From Thermoplasmatales archaeon (GTDB lineage Archaea; Thermoplasmatota; Thermoplasmata; Thermoplasmatales; Thermoplasmataceae): DNA of 64,000 bases. Below the pieces are notes generated by a model. The model saw nothing but the letters and a program-made list of their open reading frames with translations. It was not told the origin of the DNA and ran no database searches. Shown here in pieces: positions 19,700-29,673 of this stretch; position 1 is the first letter of the stretch, and the number at the start of each line of letters is the position of its first letter. The stretch is taken from positions 128,001 to 192,000 of the forward strand of contig DAIDBH010000017.1 in NCBI GenBank assembly GCA_027310185.1, read 5' to 3'. The translations under genes and the position numbers were made by a program.

Positions 19700-20123
19700 T
19701 TCCAACGTATTTTTTCGAGCGATTCTTGGCCGAAAAGTTGGAACTGCAAGTAAGATGGTGATCCAACTGATCATAGATGGCAAAGTTACATCTTACACCA
19801 GCGATGTCTTAATGGGAGAAATGGGGAGGATAGTTAAGAGTGATCCAAAACTAAGTAAAATCGATCCTATCTATTTTCGGCAATTTGTGGACGATGTTGA
19901 CAGTTGGCTTAGTTACGTTCCCATGAAAAACTTGGAGCATGACCAGAAAATGCTAAACAGGATCGGAAATGATTGGTACCTTATTGCGATAGCCAGAAGC
20001 ATCCATGCCGATTACATTATCACTTACGATAAAGATTTGATTTCCATGAAAGGAGAATTAAGAAACCGTGACGATGTCGAGGTTTTGACTTCAGAAGAAT
20101 TTATTGAAAAATATAAAAAATAA
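19683..20123 (+). CDS. PIN-domain putative toxin
   Basis: KIVTDSNV...NDWYLI...ADYIITYDKDL. Confidence 0.85.
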   Translation: MKIVTDSNVFFRAILGRKVGTASKMVIQLIIDGKVTSYTSDVLMGEMGRIVKSDPKLSKIDPIYFRQFVDDVDSWLSYVPMKNLEHDQKMLNRIGNDWYLIAIARSIHADYIITYDKDLISMKGELRNRDDVEVLTSEEFIEKYKK

Positions 20124-20195
20124 ATACCGTCTGGAAAGATTCAATGGGTAACCCAGTAAAGCCAGTTTATTGTGTCTTATCATAGATTTACCATC

Positions 20196-20236
20196 GTATT
20201 CGCTTAAAACTTTAATCGAATCCCAACCGGACCATA
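20196..20236 (+). repeat. att-like hybrid repeat R2
   Basis: GTATTCGCTTAAAACTTTAA-TCGAATCCCAACCGGACCATA. Confidence 0.92.
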
Positions 20237-20540
20237 GGTATTCGAATCTTTGGAGAACTTTTTCGTTTAAAATTTACGATCTTTCTATCAGGAAAGATCT
20301 GACCTTTATAAATGAGATGAATTGCGAAAAAACAAAAACATATGTTAGTCTTAAAGACGACGTATCCATAGACAGAGAGAAAGTCCTATTGGAGATTGTA
20401 CAAAGCCACCTGAATACTTGAAGGGGGAGCTGTTGATAAATCAGCAATATCTGATACTTCGGGAATTGGAGATTTGTATTCGTACTGTCTTGTAAATTTG
20501 ATCTAAAAACCTTGAATACTTCTTATTGATTATCTTCTAT

Positions 20541-21095
20541 ATGTCTAATAAAGAGGAAATCTTGCTTTCATTCTTCTACGCTTGGGGAAAAACTAAGCGA
20601 AACAATGAAAAAATACCTTCCGTCACACACTTACAAAAAGAAATTTTTCTACTGTCTATGAGGACACCTTTTTCAACGAGGAAGGATTTATTCAAGTTTG
20701 TACCTTTATGGTATGGTCCGTTTTCTATCGGTTTATCACAGGAACTTACCGATTTGCAAAATAAAGGTCTCATTGGATATGATGAGCTCTCTCTGTCTAA
20801 GAACGGGTTTGGAGAGGCTTCAATTGCTTGGAACAAACTCTCGGACGAAGAAAAGAAACAGATAATAGAAGTTAAGTCCATTTACAACTTCTTTTCTACA
20901 ACCGAATTAATCGATCAGGTATACTCTATGTACCCTAAATTTACAAAGAAGTCTGCTTTAAAAAAGGAAGTTGTAGATCAATATTTTTCCGGTTATCTTA
21001 GGGATAATAATTTAACAGAAGAAGATGCCGTCTCTGCTGTCATCATGGCAAAAAAAATAATGAGAGAAAGAGATGCGAGTAATTATCGACACTAA
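20541..21095 (+). CDS. Putative antitoxin, Panacea/SocA (DUF4065)-like; paralog of 19163-19699
   Basis: IPSVTHLQKEIFLL...FVPLWYGPFS...DLQNKGLI. Confidence 0.7.
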   Translation: MSNKEEILLSFFYAWGKTKRNNEKIPSVTHLQKEIFLLSMRTPFSTRKDLFKFVPLWYGPFSIGLSQELTDLQNKGLIGYDELSLSKNGFGEASIAWNKLSDEEKKQIIEVKSIYNFFSTTELIDQVYSMYPKFTKKSALKKEVVDQYFSGYLRDNNLTEEDAVSAVIMAKKIMRERDASNYRH

Positions 21096-21561
21096 CGTTG
21101 TAATTGCTTACTTGGTGTCCGGCTCAAGTAAATCAATTAATTATAGGATATGCCAACGAGTTATGAATGGAAATGACAAAACTTTCTCCTGTGATGTATT
21201 ATATGGTGAATTGAATAGATTGTTGTCCCTTGACCCTGACTTAATTCAAAAAATTGCCTCCGCAGGTAATAAGGAGGGAAGATTCTTTAGTTCCATAGAG
21301 AAAGTTAACCCCCAATATTTAAATGCACGACTAGATCCATTTGTTTCCCAACTAAACTTCATTAAAACAGAAAGTCTGTCAATCGATGAGGATGCACTCA
21401 AAGACATAGGTAACGATTGGTATCTTATTTCAATCTATAAATATGTTCCTATTGATTATATAATAACTTGGAATGTTAAAGACATCTTAAAATATGCCGA
21501 TAAACACAGCGTAGATCCAGAAACAATTCTAAATCCAAGCGAATATCTAGAGAAGATTTAG
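21073..21561 (+). CDS. PIN-domain putative toxin; paralog of 19683-20123
   Basis: RVIIDTNV...IGNDWYLI...DYIITWNVKD. Confidence 0.85.
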   Translation: MRVIIDTNVVIAYLVSGSSKSINYRICQRVMNGNDKTFSCDVLYGELNRLLSLDPDLIQKIASAGNKEGRFFSSIEKVNPQYLNARLDPFVSQLNFIKTESLSIDEDALKDIGNDWYLISIYKYVPIDYIITWNVKDILKYADKHSVDPETILNPSEYLEKI

Positions 21562-21570
21562 TACAATTTG

Positions 21571-21611
21571 GTATTCGCTTAAGACTTTAATCAAATCCCG
21601 ACCGGTCCATT
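21571..21611 (+). repeat. att-like hybrid repeat R3
   Basis: GTATTCGCTTAAGACTTTAA-TCAAATCCCGACCGGTCCATT. Confidence 0.95.
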
Positions 21612-21929
21612 CGAGCAGGTTATCTCTGCATATTCTTTTCGCCCAACATCGTTTAAAATGGCTTTAATCTAATTTTCCTCCACCATACGTCACTTCAAAA
21701 CTGCTTCAGAAGATTGTAAAACACAACAGCATTGTTATTCCACACATTTTCGATGAGTACATTGAGGCAACAACATTTTGGGACGCAATTATTCTTTTCA
21801 GTTTTTCCATTGATTTATTGTTATTCAGTTCATCATGTCAACGCAGGTTGATTATTTTCCAAAGACGCCAGAATAAAATTTGTTGGAACCGCCTGCCAAC
21901 TATTTCTATTTCCTTTCATGAAGATGGCG

Positions 21930-22340
21930 ATTTACATGTTCGATGAGGAGGTGTGGATTTCACAGAAGACAAGGTATGATAAATAGATCACGGATGGAAT
22001 GATGCACAAGCCCCATTATGGAACTTGAAAATCTTAGGACAAAGATGAGATCTAAAAAATGCTTGTTTCACAGCCTGGAGGACGCGAAAGATACAGCAAA
22101 AGAGCCATCGACAAAACTGCGGGACCATGGGTTGGATTCATGGTAACAGAAGTAGATATGGACCGAAAGATACAGCGGTCAACGGGAAGACCAGGACCCA
22201 TGACTGAATACCGCTCCGTGATCTAAAGACGATTCCATGTGGAGCGGAAATCGGAAGAGAGGAACATAGATTTCGATAAAACATGCCACGGCTTGCTTCC
22301 GCTGATCACCAACAACCGATCGAGTTCTTGGAGACTTCTC
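21930..22340 (+). pseudogene. Degraded IS1634-like transposase fragment
   Basis: Broken frames encode QRSTGRPGPMTEYRSV and GLLPLITNN, resembling IS1634-family motifs; boundaries approximate. Confidence 0.6.
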
Positions 22341-22605
22341 CATGGTGCAGATAAACTGTATTGAGGCAGGAGGAAATACAGTGAAGAAATTCCTATCGAA
22401 ACTTACACAGCGGGAGGATGATCTGTTGAGCCTGGCACATATCCCCTCCGACTCTTACCGGCAGGGTGGGAATGCTGTTTCGGATGGTTGAGAAATTTTA
22501 GGATAACGCTCAAATTTCATGCGGAAATCAAGCTTAAAAACTCAATCAAATTGTATATTATACTAAACATAAACTATTAGAATATGTACAGTATATTATA
22601 CAAAT

Positions 22606-23907
22606 ATGGTAACAATTGAAGATTTCAAGTACGTTTTAGCACTCTGGGACAGTCACCAAACATCGGATCTTATAGAACGTGATATAAAAATTGATCTGGA
22701 ATCAAAGAAGATAATTGCAATTGCCGGAGCAAGACGCTCTGGAAAAACCTATGTGATGTTTCAGTGCATGAATGATCTTTTACAAAAAGGTGTTAAGAAG
22801 GATAATATTATTTATGTCAATTTTGAGAACGAGAGACTCGTTGGAGTAACGGCCTCTGATCTTGATAGCCTTCTCATTGCACATAAGGAGCTGTTTGATC
22901 CAGACGGGACGATATACGTTTTTCTTGACGAAATACAGACTGTTGAGAATTGGGATAAATGGGTCAGGAAGGTCTATGATACTGGAAAGTATCGTCTAAT
23001 AATAACTGGATCCTCTTCTGAATTGCTAAGTAGCGAAATAGCCACTTCACTGGCAGGAAGAAATCTTACATACATTGTTTATCCATTCTCTTTCAAAGAG
23101 TACGTTGCCGCAAAGGGCCTGAAAGTTAACAAACTGCAAAAATATTCCATTGAAAAGGGAATCATTCTTAAGGTAATGAACGATTTTCTAGAATTTGGAT
23201 CATTTCCGGAAGTAGCAATGACAACCGGCGTTACAAGAAAACTGGAGATACTTTCATCTTACTTTGATGCAATTTTCTACAAGGATATAGTGAGAAGATA
23301 CAGAATCAGGGAAGTTGGAGAGTTAAACATCTTTCTTAAAATCCTTTCCAGTAGCTACGCCTCATATTTCAGTTCAGTAAAGTCGCTTAATTATTTCAGA
23401 AGTACTGGAAGGAAGATAAGCAGGGTAACATTGTTGAATTTCCTTGATTATTCGAAATCAGTTTTTCTTGTGGGTCTACTTGAGAAATACGAAAAGAGTG
23501 TAAGAAAGCGCATATCTATGCAATCAAAGACTTATATAATAGACATTGGTATTTCTAGGCTTTTCTCTGACATTGATAAGGGAAGGGCATTGGAAAACGC
23601 AGTTTTCATTGAGCTATTAAGGAAGAAAGAAGCTACAGAAAGCATAAACTATCTCAAGCTTAAATCTGGCAAAGAAGTGGATTTTATTATTGGAGGTAAA
23701 ACCAAGGAGGTCATACAGGTATCTTACGAAGTCTCTGCACCAAGTACCAGGTCTCGCGAGACCTCCGCACTTGTGGAAGCTGCCAGAGGTATTGGACTGA
23801 AGACAGGGAAAATAATAACCTACGATTATGAAGGGGAAGAATCAATTGATGGGATTTTAATACAATACATACCATTCTGGATTTGGGCTTTATCCGATAT
23901 AAAGTAA
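22606..23907 (+). CDS. AAA+ ATPase with DUF4143-like C-terminal domain
   Basis: GARRSGKT, YVNFENERL, LDEIQ, ITGSSS, LENAVFIEL, KEVDFI...IQVS. Confidence 0.92.
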   Translation: MVTIEDFKYVLALWDSHQTSDLIERDIKIDLESKKIIAIAGARRSGKTYVMFQCMNDLLQKGVKKDNIIYVNFENERLVGVTASDLDSLLIAHKELFDPDGTIYVFLDEIQTVENWDKWVRKVYDTGKYRLIITGSSSELLSSEIATSLAGRNLTYIVYPFSFKEYVAAKGLKVNKLQKYSIEKGIILKVMNDFLEFGSFPEVAMTTGVTRKLEILSSYFDAIFYKDIVRRYRIREVGELNIFLKILSSSYASYFSSVKSLNYFRSTGRKISRVTLLNFLDYSKSVFLVGLLEKYEKSVRKRISMQSKTYIIDIGISRLFSDIDKGRALENAVFIELLRKKEATESINYLKLKSGKEVDFIIGGKTKEVIQVSYEVSAPSTRSRETSALVEAARGIGLKTGKIITYDYEGEESIDGILIQYIPFWIWALSDIK

Positions 23908-23932
23908 CATCGAATTAATGGCACTCTGGAAA

Positions 23933-23973
23933 GTAATCCCTTAAAGCATTAATCAGATCCCGACCGGTCCATT
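23933..23973 (+). repeat. att-like hybrid repeat R4
   Basis: GTAATCCCTTAAAGCATTAA-TCAGATCCCGACCGGTCCATT. Confidence 0.93.
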
Positions 23974-23985
23974 CACCATTAAATT

Positions 23986-24480
23986 TCACTTGTTGTCCAA
24001 AGAAATTCCATTCAGGCTTAATCTTAATAATATACTAACAAGACTCTTTCTATCCTGTTCATTTATGGAATTGAAAAAATTCACATCAACCGTTTCTACT
24101 ATTTTTATTGCTCTCTTTGCTATATTGAGTCCTTTTTCCGTGGCTTCCAATATAAACTCCCGCGAATCCTCAGAATTCCTGTACCTTATTATCAGCCTCT
24201 TTTCAACAAGTTTTCTGATAACCTGTGAAGTCATCATCTTATCAGTTTTGGCAAACCTTGAAAGTGTAACCTGATTGATCTTTTTGTCCTCTGTTGACAG
24301 CCATACAACACTTGCAAGAAGTACAAACTGCACATGAGTGAGATTGATCTTTTTCAATTCACTTTGCTGTTTCTTCTGCCAAAGGTTGTTTACCTGCCAA
24401 AGCAAAAACCCTAAGCTGTTTTTGGGAAATCCAAAAATAGATATACGTTTACGTTCCTCATCACTCATTTTACTGGACAT
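23986..24480 (-). CDS. MarR family regulator
   Basis: GFLLWQV...LTHVQFVLL...DKMMTSQVIRKL...DSRE...TEKG. Confidence 0.92.
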   Translation of the reverse strand: MSSKMSDEERKRISIFGFPKNSLGFLLWQVNNLWQKKQQSELKKINLTHVQFVLLASVVWLSTEDKKINQVTLSRFAKTDKMMTSQVIRKLVEKRLIIRYRNSEDSREFILEATEKGLNIAKRAIKIVETVDVNFFNSINEQDRKSLVSILLRLSLNGISLDNK

Positions 24481-24515
24481 ATTGCATCCCGTTAATAATT
24501 GACTGTGGAATTGCC

Positions 24516-24944
24516 CTATTCCTCTTGAAGCGCAAGCTCGGAAATTTCTCTTATAGTTTCTGGTATTGCAGAAGTTAATGAAAGTCCCATCTCTTTTCCT
24601 ACTTTATCTCCCTCATTACCATCTATTTCTACTCTGACTGTAATCTTTGTTCTATTTTTTTTCAGAGTTTGTAACATGTGAATGAAGCGAATTACAGTAT
24701 TTGTGCCCGGGATTTCTGATTCATTGGTGAAAGATTTTAGCGGCTCTACTGCTATAAGTCTATAGTTCATCCAGTGTCCATCAACAGACTTTATCTTTCC
24801 ATGAGAGCCTTTCACAAATTTTCCCTCCAGAGTGACTTTTTCGATTCCCCTATCCCATTTGGTCCAGGTTTCAATATTAGACCAAAGTTTCCATATAATT
24901 TCTGCCTTTGCATCTGTTTCCACAAAATATTCATATTGCCACAT
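24516..24944 (-). CDS. SRPBCC / polyketide cyclase-like ligand-binding protein
   Basis: IWKLWSNIETWTKWD...GKFVKGSHG; GGTGA RBS upstream. Confidence 0.85.
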   Translation of the reverse strand: MWQYEYFVETDAKAEIIWKLWSNIETWTKWDRGIEKVTLEGKFVKGSHGKIKSVDGHWMNYRLIAVEPLKSFTNESEIPGTNTVIRFIHMLQTLKKNRTKITVRVEIDGNEGDKVGKEMGLSLTSAIPETIREISELALQEE

Positions 24945-24959
24945 ATTGTTTCACCATGT

Positions 24960-24977
24960 TAGTATGTATGCATACTA
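24960..24977. promoter_or_regulatory. Probable MarR operator palindrome
   Basis: TAGTATG-TATG-CATACTA lies between a TATA-like element (24991-24998) and the start of the SRPBCC-marR operon. Confidence 0.55.
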
Positions 24978-25226
24978 TATGCATGTATACTATTAAAGGC
25001 TTCGAATAGCAAGTTAAAAAATAAAATTTACAACGGTTTTTTAAGTGACTTGAAACAAGGTTCTCATAATGCACCTTGATGTCGGTAAATTTGATTGAAG
25101 AAAATGAGTATAGAGTATTTAGACACTATTATAACACTTCCAATAAGGTTATGTACTTTTCAGAACGATTATACACATTGCATTGTTACCCATAATAATT
25201 ATATACAGGACATTAATTAGTATAAT

Positions 25227-25412
25227 ATGGAAGAAACCACAATACAGATCAAAAAAATCACAAGGGAAAACCTTAAGAAGATAGGCAGGAAAGGGCAAAC
25301 ATACGATGATATAATAGAGAATTTGCTTGAGATCGGAAAGAGAGTTATGTTTTTCGACGAACTTGACAAAATAGCGGATAACGAGGAGTTTATACCTCTT
25401 GACAAGTTATAA
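25227..25412 (+). CDS. RelB-like antitoxin
   Basis: TTIQIKKITRENLKKIGRKGQTYDDII; acidic C-terminus; overlaps relE. Confidence 0.8.
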   Translation: MEETTIQIKKITRENLKKIGRKGQTYDDIIENLLEIGKRVMFFDELDKIADNEEFIPLDKL

Positions 25413-25677
25413 TGTTCTTGTCTCTAGAACAGCTATCCGAGAATTGAATGCGCTGAAGGAGATCGATAGGGAAAGAATAAAGGATAAACTAAGAGAACTT
25501 AGCAAAGATCCTCATAACAGTCTAAACCACCTCGATACAAAGAAACTTTCTGGGACTAAAAGAACTTATTATAGACTCCGGGTAGGAGACTATAGGGTGA
25601 TTTATTTCACAGAAGATAGAATAATAAAAGTCGTAAAGATAGCTACAAGATCTGATGTTTATTCATGGTTGGACTGA
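25399..25677 (+). CDS. RelE/ParE family toxin
   Basis: YRLRVGDYRVIY...RSDVY; TTG start. Confidence 0.9.
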   Translation: MTSYNVLVSRTAIRELNALKEIDRERIKDKLRELSKDPHNSLNHLDTKKLSGTKRTYYRLRVGDYRVIYFTEDRIIKVVKIATRSDVYSWLD

Positions 25678-25696
25678 ATGTACTTTAGGTTACTTC

Positions 25697-25737
25697 GTAT
25701 TCCCTTAAAACTTTAATAAAATCCCGACCGGTCCATT
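25697..25737 (+). repeat. att-like hybrid repeat R5
   Basis: GTATTCCCTTAAAACTTTAA-TAAAATCCCGACCGGTCCATT. Confidence 0.95.
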
Positions 25738-25743
25738 CTAACT

Positions 25744-26121
25744 TTACTTGAACATCTTGAGACCGTTCTCAATAAAAATTTCAAAATGCTTATCCAGGGT
25801 ATAAAGTGAGCAGCCGTCATTAATTGCTATTGACGCAATAATAGCGTCCGTTCTTGGAACTGCCTTTCCTTTTCTTTCAGCGCCTAGTTCTAAAAAGGCA
25901 GACAGTTCACTATCTTTTTTAGTGTATTCCAGCGTTGCTATTTGCAAGACTAAGCGAGAGTCCTTTGAGTATTTTTCTATGCCGTAAAGCAACTCATGCA
26001 TGTTGACTGAGCTCGTGCAATATTCTTCTCCACTTTCCATAATTTTAAGCATGAATTCCTGGCCTCTGCTTGATTTCTTATCCATTACTTCTATGATGAT
26101 GTCGGTGTCAAGAAGAATCAT
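25744..26121 (-). CDS. vapC: VapC PIN-domain toxin
   Basis: ILLDTDIII...ELLYG...DAIIAS...TLDKHF. Confidence 0.9.
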   Translation of the reverse strand: MILLDTDIIIEVMDKKSSRGQEFMLKIMESGEEYCTSSVNMHELLYGIEKYSKDSRLVLQIATLEYTKKDSELSAFLELGAERKGKAVPRTDAIIASIAINDGCSLYTLDKHFEIFIENGLKMFK

Positions 26122-26330
26122 CTTCTCTTCTCCAACCGTTTATCTTTTATTCCAGCCAGGAACTCATCCCTGTTCTCAAATTCCATGCTTCCACGTAGAG
26201 TCAAAAGGATTTCCTTCTTGCTCTGTGATTTAACAAGTCTATCCAGAAGTTCACTGAAGCTTTCGTTCTCTTTTTTAAACCCTATCAGTTCGTCATAAAC
26301 TGAATTCTTAATGGTTATGGTTTTTGACAT
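26118..26330 (-). CDS. vapB: VapB antitoxin
   Basis: KTITIKNSVYDEL...ESFSELLDRL; ATGA overlap with vapC. Confidence 0.88.
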   Translation of the reverse strand: MSKTITIKNSVYDELIGFKKENESFSELLDRLVKSQSKKEILLTLRGSMEFENRDEFLAGIKDKRLEKRR

Positions 26331-26491
26331 AACATATGTTTATGTTTAAACATTACTTATACTTTTAGACAGATAAGGTTAAAATTGCCATACGCCCTCG
26401 AAACCTAAGGTCCTTTTAACATTTTAACAATGCCACTATCTATCCATTTCGAGGTTGGCAACATGCTAATTGATGTCTTGATTTTTTATTC

Positions 26492-26950
26492 TTATGTCAA
26501 TTCCTTTTTGATATTCTCTCCTATGAAATATAGACTGATTGCATAAACTGTCATGACACTGACAGCACTCATTGTCATTCCTATCGACCAGCCGAAGAAT
26601 TGCCCAGACATTAGGAACAAGATTCCGTTTGCTATTGCACCAATCACTCCGGCAAGGATTATGATCGCACATATTCTTAATGACAATAACTGAGTCTTAA
26701 AGCTAAGGATAAGGAATACTAGTGATACTAACAAAATGGCAAATCCCTTAATGATGTGTACCAGAACAAAATCAAAGTGACCCCTTATCCACTTGAAGGT
26801 TTCTAAACTGAATACACAAATGGGAAAATCATTAGCTATGCATGAACATATAGATAAGAAAATACCAAGATATAAAGAAAACCATCCCGTAGCCAAAATT
26901 GGGACATTATAGGTTACAATAGAAGAAAAATCCTTATATTTTACACACAT
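26492..26950 (-). CDS. Hypothetical membrane protein (N-terminus possibly decayed)
   Basis: Hydrophobic; C-terminal half resembles 16351-16830. Confidence 0.5.
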   Translation of the reverse strand: MCVKYKDFSSIVTYNVPILATGWFSLYLGIFLSICSCIANDFPICVFSLETFKWIRGHFDFVLVHIIKGFAILLVSLVFLILSFKTQLLSLRICAIIILAGVIGAIANGILFLMSGQFFGWSIGMTMSAVSVMTVYAISLYFIGENIKKELT

Positions 26951-26960
26951 ATATGTGTGT
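26943..26960. promoter_or_regulatory. Perfect 18-bp palindrome, probable VapBC autoregulatory operator
   Basis: ACACACATATATGTGTGT ends 7 bp before the vapB ATG at 26968. Confidence 0.6.
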
Positions 26961-26967
26961 GGATCAG

Positions 26968-27207
26968 ATGGGAAGTAAAAATATATCTATCTCTGATGAA
27001 GCATATCTGAGGTTAGCAGAATTAAAGACTGGAAATGAAAGTTTTACAGACGTTATATATAGACTTACAAATAGGACCAACATACTTGATTTAAAAGGTA
27101 TTATAAAAGAAGAAGAAGGAAAGTCCTTAGAAGAAAATGTTAAAAAATCAAGGAAATTAAGCAAGGAAAGAATAGATAGGATCATAAGAGAGTTAAATGA
27201 ATTATGA
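26968..27207 (+). CDS. vapB: VapB antitoxin
   Basis: KNISISDEAYLRL...ESFTDVIYRL. Confidence 0.88.
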   Translation: MGSKNISISDEAYLRLAELKTGNESFTDVIYRLTNRTNILDLKGIIKEEEGKSLEENVKKSRKLSKERIDRIIRELNEL

Positions 27208-27596
27208 TAGCTGACACTTCATTCCTTATTGACATAATGAAATCTAATAAGGAAGCAATAAAGAAAGCAGAGGAAATTGAAAAAACTGGAAATACTATTG
27301 CCGTTACCTCCATTTCGATTTTTGAATTGTTTGTTGGGGTTAGCCTTAGCATAAAAAAAGATCAGGAAAGAAATAAGATAATTAGAATACTTAAGGGTCT
27401 ATCAATAATAAGTTTTGATGAGGACTCTGCAAGAGAAGCTGGAAAGATATTTGCCCAAAAGAGAACGAATGGATTAGTAATAGATCCGGAAGACTCCATG
27501 ATTGCAGGTATCTGTGCAAGAAAAAATGAAATTTTAATTACACGTAACGTAAAGCATTTCCGTGATATAGAAAATGTGAGAATTGAGAGCTATTAA
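27204..27596 (+). CDS. vapC: VapC PIN-domain toxin
   Basis: IADTSFLID...FELFVG...DSMIAG...TRNVKHF. Confidence 0.92.
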   Translation: MIADTSFLIDIMKSNKEAIKKAEEIEKTGNTIAVTSISIFELFVGVSLSIKKDQERNKIIRILKGLSIISFDEDSAREAGKIFAQKRTNGLVIDPEDSMIAGICARKNEILITRNVKHFRDIENVRIESY

Positions 27597-27629
27597 AAAT
27601 ATTAAGGGCAATGTGCCAGAATCAATTCT

Positions 27630-28225
27630 TTACAGTTCCGAGCTCTTTCTTGTCAATACTTTAGAGCTTGTAATCCCTTGCAGTTTCAAGTCATCCGTTA
27701 CAAAAACGTAACCTGATTCAATAGATGATATAAGATAAGATGAATCGTACAATGTCAGTCCCTCCTCCAATAATAAGGTCAGCACGGAATCAGTTAACGG
27801 TTGAGCTCCATTGAATCAATTAATTCAAATATGACAGCCCCCAATTCTATTGCTTCTTTCTTTGAGATTTTATTTCTAATTTTATGACGTTTCCACAGCA
27901 CGTTGCCTATCTCTCATCTTGTAAGTGGAATCGTTGCCCCAGCGATGAGTACACCATACTTACCGCTCTGAAAGAGGTTGAAAATTGCATAAGCATCCAG
28001 TAGGTTCATCTTTCTCGATCTTCCCTGATGTCAGCAATTATTTCATCCAGTTCAACTTTGATATAACGGGTCTAACTCTCTTCATTTTCTTTATTAGGGC
28101 TTTATTACTCGCTTTCCTGATTTCTTCCTTTACAGCCTTTCTTATAATTTCAGTTGGATTCAAACCAAGTATCTTTAATTCTTCTCTCTCTTCTTCTGAG
28201 ACCTTGGCGGATACTGTGGTTTATA
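27630..28225 (-). pseudogene. Degraded vapBC pair
   Basis: Minus strand TTVSAKVSEEEREELKILGLNPTEIIRKAVKEEIRK (VapB-like), then MNLLDAYAIF...R*EIGNVLWK...GLTLYDSSY...VTDDLKL (VapC-like with internal stop and frameshift). Confidence 0.8.
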
Positions 28226-28338
28226 TTTTCGTACTACAAAATATTTTAAGTATATATTAGAATGCTGTATTACCATATATGGTTCAGACTATACTACAAA
28301 GAGAACTTACAAACCCGGGTAACATATTCATAACTATC

Positions 28339-28379
28339 GTACTCACTTAAAACTTTAATCAAAACCCGACCGGTCTACT
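28339..28379 (+). repeat. att-like hybrid repeat R6
   Basis: GTACTCACTTAAAACTTTAA-TCAAAACCCGACCGGTCTACT. Confidence 0.9.
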
Positions 28380-28900
28380 CTATGAACTTTGCCTGTATTT
28401 GGTTTGTTTTAAATTTCTGGTTTTCCTAGTTTTACTCCTTGATTCCAACCAAAGAACATCATCACAGTATTCCCGTTCTCGTCTAATCGAATCGTTTTCA
28501 AGCTCAAAAATATCAACTGATCTTCTTGAGAATAATTACAACTCTGCTATTACGATTCCTTTTTCCTTGTCTGAAACCAGGTTTAAAACCTTTAACTTTT
28601 CAGGCATGTTTCTATTTGCCCTTATAATTGTCTTCACATAATCACCTTTTCCAATGGCAGTTTATCGCTTAGAGGGAACGTAATGAATCCACGCAACACC
28701 TTTCGAGAGAAACGTTTCGTATAGTTTCTAAACAAGGTTGTTCTTTGAAATGAAGAACTCTGTGATCTTCTCTTCAAGTTCATTTTTTGGTTCTATATTA
28801 ACATCCTTGACTAAACATTACAAACTACGTCAGAGTTACTCAAGAAAGTCCATCACATTTTTCGCATTTCATATGATATTCCTGATACATACTGTCACAT
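28380..28900 (-). pseudogene. Decayed gene(s), including a SnoaL/NTF2-like fragment
   Basis: Minus strand KGIVIAEL*LFSRRSVDIFELENDSIRREREYCDDVLW with internal stops. Confidence 0.4.
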
Positions 28901-29134
28901 ATGATGATTGTGTTTTACCGATATATATTCATTAAAATGAATAGAAATGTGCAAATCTCTATACAAATAGAAAATAATGACTTTTCATGCCTAGGAACTT
29001 GCTTTGGATTTCTCTGAGTTCACAAGGACAAAATTATGATTATTTGATGATTTTATCCCCCTTTCCTTAGAAACAAGTTGAAAAAGCAGAGCCTATAAGA
29101 CAAACCTTTATACTATTATTAACTATAGACATCT

Positions 29135-29356
29135 ATGACCACGTCAACTATTCAGGTCAAAGAGGAAACCAAGAAGACCCTGCAATCCATGAAACTTCAT
29201 CCCAGGGAAACCTATGAAGATGTAATTGAGAGGATGATTGAGGACCTAAGCGAATTAAATGAAGAGACCATAAAGGAAGTAGAAGAGGCCAGAAAAGAAA
29301 TAGAATCCGGTAGATTTGTTACACACGAGCAGCTGAAGAAGGATCTTGACCTTTAA
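29135..29356 (+). CDS. RelB-like antitoxin
   Basis: STIQVKEETKKTL...RETYEDVIERMI...IESGRFVTHEQLKKDL. Confidence 0.85.
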   Translation: MTTSTIQVKEETKKTLQSMKLHPRETYEDVIERMIEDLSELNEETIKEVEEARKEIESGRFVTHEQLKKDLDL

Positions 29357-29610
29357 TGGACTATATAATAATCTGGTCTGTTCAGGCTTCTAAGCAATTG
29401 AAAAGCCTTGACCGGTCAATTGCCAAGAGAATTTATGAAAAAGTTGGACAGTTGCGTCAAAACCCGGAAAGATATGTTGAGAAACTTGTTCGATATCCAT
29501 ACTACAGGCTTAGGATTGGGGATTACAGGGTGATTCTTGACATTCAAAAAGAGATGGTTAGAATAATGATTTTGAAAGTCGGACATAGAAGTAGTATATA
29601 TGACAGGTAA
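29356..29610 (+). CDS. RelE/ParE family toxin
   Basis: YRLRIGDYRVI...VGHRSSIY. Confidence 0.92.
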   Translation: MDYIIIWSVQASKQLKSLDRSIAKRIYEKVGQLRQNPERYVEKLVRYPYYRLRIGDYRVILDIQKEMVRIMILKVGHRSSIYDR

Positions 29611-29624
29611 CATTAGATTCCAAG

Positions 29625-29664
29625 GTGTTCGCTCAAAACTTTGACAAATGCCGACCGATCCGTT
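29625..29664 (+). repeat. att-like hybrid repeat R7 (degenerate)
   Basis: GTGTTCGCTCAAAACTTTGA-CAAATGCCGACCGATCCGTT. Confidence 0.8.
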
Positions 29665-29673
29665 TTCATCAAG

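Noticed and set aside
20170-20421. 83-aa ORF spanning R2
   Set aside because: Reads through the repeat, has a TTG start and no recognisable motif; probably spurious or a decayed fragment.
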